From a virus (lineage: Duplodnaviria > Caudoviricetes): DNA of 27,651 nucleotides. The stretch lies in the IMG/VR virus record IMGVR_UViG_3300032290_000065, positions 1-27,651 of that record; one strand, 5' to 3'. Below the pieces are notes generated by a model. It did not search any database and was not told where the DNA came from. It saw only the letters and a list, made by a program, of their open reading frames with translations. Both the position numbers and the translations under genes were made by a program. This document shows, piece after piece, positions 24,473-27,651 of this stretch (within the stretch, counting starts at the first letter, position 1; each line of letters begins with the position of its first letter).

Positions 24473-25132
24473 TTATGCTGATGGTGCTGCGAGTGTGCGG
24501 TCTACGATCTTACCGTATGACGCATTGTCGTTTGGAAGAAGACGGAATGAAACTTCAAACATTGAAGCCTCGTCACGCTTTGCAGATACTGTTACATTCT
24601 CAATTGAGAGTGCACGGTATGCTACGTAGATTCTTTCCTTTGCAACTGCTGCAGAACCAGATCCTGGTCCTACTGCTACAATACCACGCTCTAGTGGAAC
24701 GTCGCCGATATCTCCTGCTGACATTCTTAGTGTCGATAGGTTAGATCCTGTTGCGATTTCCTCATTTGATGCAATTGCTACTAGAAGATTTTCTAGTGTT
24801 GCTTCTGCAAAAGATGTATTTAGATTAACTGTCATGCCTTGCTTGAATAAACGAGCAACGTCTAGAAGTTGATCTACTGCTACATCACCAAAGTCTGGCT
24901 GGAATGCGAGTTCCAAACCATTTGATGTGTAACCGATGTTTGTGAAATCATTGTCATTTGACAAAGTTTCCTTGTAGGATGTTGTTGATGCTGTCATTGC
25001 TGGAAGATCAGTGTTCGCTTGTGCGTCAGTGATGTTTCCTGTTGCGTCTACATATCCGATTGGGCCATCATGCGTAAATAATGCTGCTGCACCTACGATG
25101 ATGTTACTACTTGAACCACGGCTGTATGCCAT
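24473..25132 (-). CDS. Major tail (tube) protein (start revised to MAYSRG, 219 aa)
   Basis: NIIVGAA start and IGYTSNGLEL, VDQLLD, EATLENL and EVSFRLLP motifs typical of siphovirus tube proteins; GAGGTG SD; own promoter and terminator. Confidence 0.88.
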   Translation of the reverse strand: MAYSRGSSSNIIVGAAALFTHDGPIGYVDATGNITDAQANTDLPAMTASTTSYKETLSNDNDFTNIGYTSNGLELAFQPDFGDVAVDQLLDVARLFKQGMTVNLNTSFAEATLENLLVAIASNEEIATGSNLSTLRMSAGDIGDVPLERGIVAVGPGSGSAAVAKERIYVAYRALSIENVTVSAKRDEASMFEVSFRLLPNDNASYGKIVDRTLAAPSA

Positions 25133-25179
25133 ATATCTCACCTCTTTCATTTTATTAAAAGGGGGTTGTTTCCTCAGTA

Positions 25180-25190
25180 CAATTATAACA
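25180..25190 (-). promoter_or_regulatory. Extended -10 promoter for the major tail protein
   Basis: TGTTATAATTG in the intergenic gap, about 50 nt upstream of the ATG; no -35. Confidence 0.65.
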
Positions 25191-25203
25191 CCTTTTTTAA
25201 GGG

Positions 25204-25707
25204 TTATCCTTGGTGCCAGTCGTAGTCTATTATCATCTTATTCCCCGCATAAGTACGGGCTGTGCCAAAGTCAATAATGTCTCTAGTCTCTTCTAGTTGA
25301 TAGATCTTGAAGTTGTGAAAGAAGCATGGTTTAGATTCGCCATTCCAGACTGTAGGGTTTGCTGCTGCCCACTCGTTAAGGTCTTTTGCTGAGTCGTCAC
25401 CGTTGTCGAGCAAGTCGCTTACCTTTTGTTGAGTTAAAACCATTTTTGATGTTGCGTTTTCACCTACTGCGTAAAAGTAATATAGAAGTTGTTCACACTT
25501 GATATATGGGAAAGGAGTTCTTCTCATTTTAAACATTCTGTCGTATACTCCAAATACCCCAGTGCTTTGTGGAAATGTTTCAGTAAGTGAATCAATTTCT
25601 GTTGGTAGTGTTGGAAAGAAGTATGTAATCTGTCCTGGAGAATCAAAGTCCATCTTGGCATTTAGATAAGCATTAATAATTGTAGGTGGGTGATGAATTT
25701 CAGCCAT
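25204..25707 (-). CDS. Probable tail terminator / neck protein
   Basis: 167 aa immediately upstream of the major tail protein; function from gene order. Confidence 0.55.
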   Translation of the reverse strand: MAEIHHPPTIINAYLNAKMDFDSPGQITYFFPTLPTEIDSLTETFPQSTGVFGVYDRMFKMRRTPFPYIKCEQLLYYFYAVGENATSKMVLTQQKVSDLLDNGDDSAKDLNEWAAANPTVWNGESKPCFFHNFKIYQLEETRDIIDFGTARTYAGNKMIIDYDWHQG

Positions 25708-26381
25708 TATGAACCTATCCCTGCATTAGCAATCCAACGGTATCCAGTTGAAATACCCTTAGATCTTCCAATCTTCTTTCCTGCTGGCATATCTTTTTTA
25801 TATACTTTTGGATTTTCAAGATATCTTGCTACTCCGCTTGTTCTTAAAAATGCTTGTGAAAAATATTTATTAAAGAACATATCGAATGCTTTTTCAAAAC
25901 CGCCTTCTACTTCTGTTCCTCCAGGATTCATAATCTCCACTGGTCCACGAGTAAAGACTGTCTCTCCGTTATCTTCAAATGCTAAAACTTGTGCTGTCTT
26001 TGGTCTAATCGTAACTGGTATTCCGTATTCCATAATTCTTGCCTTATCGTAAAACGGTGTGCGTGATCCATCTTTAATCGATGTGGACTGCCTAAATGAT
26101 GATCTAAAAGATAATCCTAGATTACTAGTTGTGTATGAAATATCATATAGTCTTGCCTCTGGGCTTCCAGTCATAGTCCACTCGTAAACATGGTGAAGCA
26201 TATCGGGATTAACTCTTGCGTTAGAATCTATAAACTCTTTCATAACTTCTACTGTTTCCATTCCAAGAGTTTTTAGGAATACGGTCTTTCCTCTTTGAAC
26301 TCCTTCTAAAAATCCTATAGAATAATTAACAATATTATTCATATCTTTTTTAAACTGTTTTGAATTAAATGTTGTTATCAT
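25707..26381 (-). CDS. Probable neck / tail completion protein (HK97 gp10-like position)
   Basis: 224 aa; ARIMEYG and NPGG motifs reminiscent of neck proteins; lies between the stopper and terminator genes. Confidence 0.55.
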   Translation of the reverse strand: MITTFNSKQFKKDMNNIVNYSIGFLEGVQRGKTVFLKTLGMETVEVMKEFIDSNARVNPDMLHHVYEWTMTGSPEARLYDISYTTSNLGLSFRSSFRQSTSIKDGSRTPFYDKARIMEYGIPVTIRPKTAQVLAFEDNGETVFTRGPVEIMNPGGTEVEGGFEKAFDMFFNKYFSQAFLRTSGVARYLENPKVYKKDMPAGKKIGRSKGISTGYRWIANAGIGS

Positions 26382-26827
26382 ACATCACCTGACTGATTCT
26401 CTGATCGTCTTATTATTAACTTGTAAGACTCTACAGTGCCAAAAGGACCAGTGAATGGTTCAAATGTTGCTATCTCAAACAGTGTTCCTTTTCCAGATCT
26501 AGGACCAGATGTTTCCATATATATAAGGTTTCCTTCTTGATCTCTAATATCAGATACTAAAACATTTGTTAGTGCATTCTTACTGTCAAGCGAAGAAATT
26601 CTAATGTCTGATTTTGCTCTTCCCACAAGGATTGAGTTTTGGGTGATGTTTACGTTTGGCTTTACTTCTTCTTTAAATGCAGAACCGCCAGAACTAAAAC
26701 TACATGCAAATACTCTATCTAAAACCCAGTGTTTTTTAATTGAGCCAAAGTCTCCTTGCTCAACTATTGGGTGGTATACAGATGCCTGCATTGGAAACAT
26801 GAAATCTGGTGTCTCACAAACTGTCAT
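26378..26827 (-). CDS. Probable head-to-tail stopper (head closure protein)
   Basis: 149-aa beta-rich protein after the adaptor; N-terminal QGDFGSIKKHW hairpin typical of SPP1 gp16-like proteins. Confidence 0.6.
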   Translation of the reverse strand: MTVCETPDFMFPMQASVYHPIVEQGDFGSIKKHWVLDRVFACSFSSGGSAFKEEVKPNVNITQNSILVGRAKSDIRISSLDSKNALTNVLVSDIRDQEGNLIYMETSGPRSGKGTLFEIATFEPFTGPFGTVESYKLIIRRSENQSGDV

Positions 26828-27651
26828 TACAGCACCCCAATTTTTGTAATAGACTTAGCATACTTAGAAAGTATCTTGTCTACAATTATATTTCCTGTTC
26901 CTTCGAAAAGACCCTTATCAAACTGAATTCTAAATTGATCTGTGTTATAAGAAGAAATAAATCTCTTGTAATAGTCTAACTTTCCACACTCTATATCGTG
27001 AACAAGCATCTCTGTTGCTCTAACAATATCTGATGGCACTGCTGTATATCCATGCTCTACTGTAATCCTGTAGTCCCAAGTCTTGCCAAACCCTCTGTAT
27101 ATAAACTGTGGGTCAAGATAATCTGATGCTGCTGCTGGTAAAACTAGTGGGGCAGATTCTGCACGATTAATGTTGTCTATAGACTTCTCAACAATTGCTG
27201 TCTTGTCTGATGTTACTTCGTACTGTCTGTCTTCTACCAACTTGTTATTTTCATATACCGTCAAAACTTTTTTTACATCATCCCAGATAGGCAGGTAGTC
27301 TGATCCAGTTCCTGTAAAATTTAAAACCTTTTTCTTGTAGTAAAATCCTTCTATAATTATTGAATCGATAACTGCTCTTGCAATTTCTTCATTTAAAGCG
27401 TATGTTGCTATGTCCGATGCTGTGCTTGCTTTTGTTGATGGATCTACATATGGTCTAACTACTTCATACGTTTCATCTTGCAGGACTACTTCGCTTACTG
27501 TACCAGGACTTTTAACAATTTGAACCCTGTAAGATGAGTCATATTTTCCTGGCAAAGATATATCAAGAATGTTTCCTGCTGCCTTATTTAAAAATGTTAA
27601 TTCTGATACTGAAAGATCCGCCATATCCGTTATGGTAACAGTTATAGGTGA
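26827..27651 (-). CDS. Head-to-tail adaptor (partial; frame is open to the right edge)
   Basis: C-terminal YRITVEHGYTAVPSDIVRATEMLV and VDKILSKY motifs of gp15/gp6-like adaptors; upstream of the M at 27624 the frame reads SPITVTITD without a stop, so the true start is probably outside the window. Confidence 0.75.
   Translation of the reverse strand, partial: SPITVTITDMADLSVSELTFLNKAAGNILDISLPGKYDSSYRVQIVKSPGTVSEVVLQDETYEVVRPYVDPSTKASTASDIATYALNEEIARAVIDSIIIEGFYYKKKVLNFTGTGSDYLPIWDDVKKVLTVYENNKLVEDRQYEVTSDKTAIVEKSIDNINRAESAPLVLPAAASDYLDPQFIYRGFGKTWDYRITVEHGYTAVPSDIVRATEMLVHDIECGKLDYYKRFISSYNTDQFRIQFDKGLFEGTGNIIVDKILSKYAKSITKIGVL

Noticed and set aside
3810-25150. Longer ORF-track starts at 3890, 5002, 11768, 23699, 24438 and 25150
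   Set aside because: They overlap upstream genes, promoters or the terminator; downstream ATGs have better SD or leaderless context.
436-26849. Many plus-strand ORFs of 60-157 aa in the ORF track
   Set aside because: All lie antisense to long, motif-bearing minus-strand genes and show no recognisable motifs; typical shadow ORFs.
1-27651. tRNA, rRNA, integrase, transposase or diversity-generating retroelement
   Set aside because: Intergenic gaps are all under about 75 nt, no such ORFs are present, and I saw no long near-identical repeat pair.

Overview
Gene-dense segment of a large, AT-rich tailed dsDNA phage (siphovirus-type Caudoviricetes); every credible gene is on the minus strand. Reading right to left: head-tail adaptor (5'-truncated), stopper and neck genes, major tail protein, two paralogous tail assembly chaperones, a 3656-aa tape measure protein (TMP), distal tail, hub and minor tail genes, then directly a replication module (Zn-ribbon protein, MerR-like HTH protein, DnaB helicase, DnaG-type primase, ssDNA-binding protein, start of DnaE). 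Leaderless extended -10 promoters plus phage-encoded DnaE suggest a low-GC actinobacterial host (inference). Main candidates for novelty: (1) the TMP looks like a polyvalent injected-effector protein with two HipA/PI3K-like kinase domains and other globular cargo, placed after or between three exact copies of DTVPAMLTPGE; (2) the usual G/GT tail-chaperone frameshift appears replaced by a gene duplication, with a separate promoter and translation mode for each copy. No database searches were run; calls rest on motifs and gene order.
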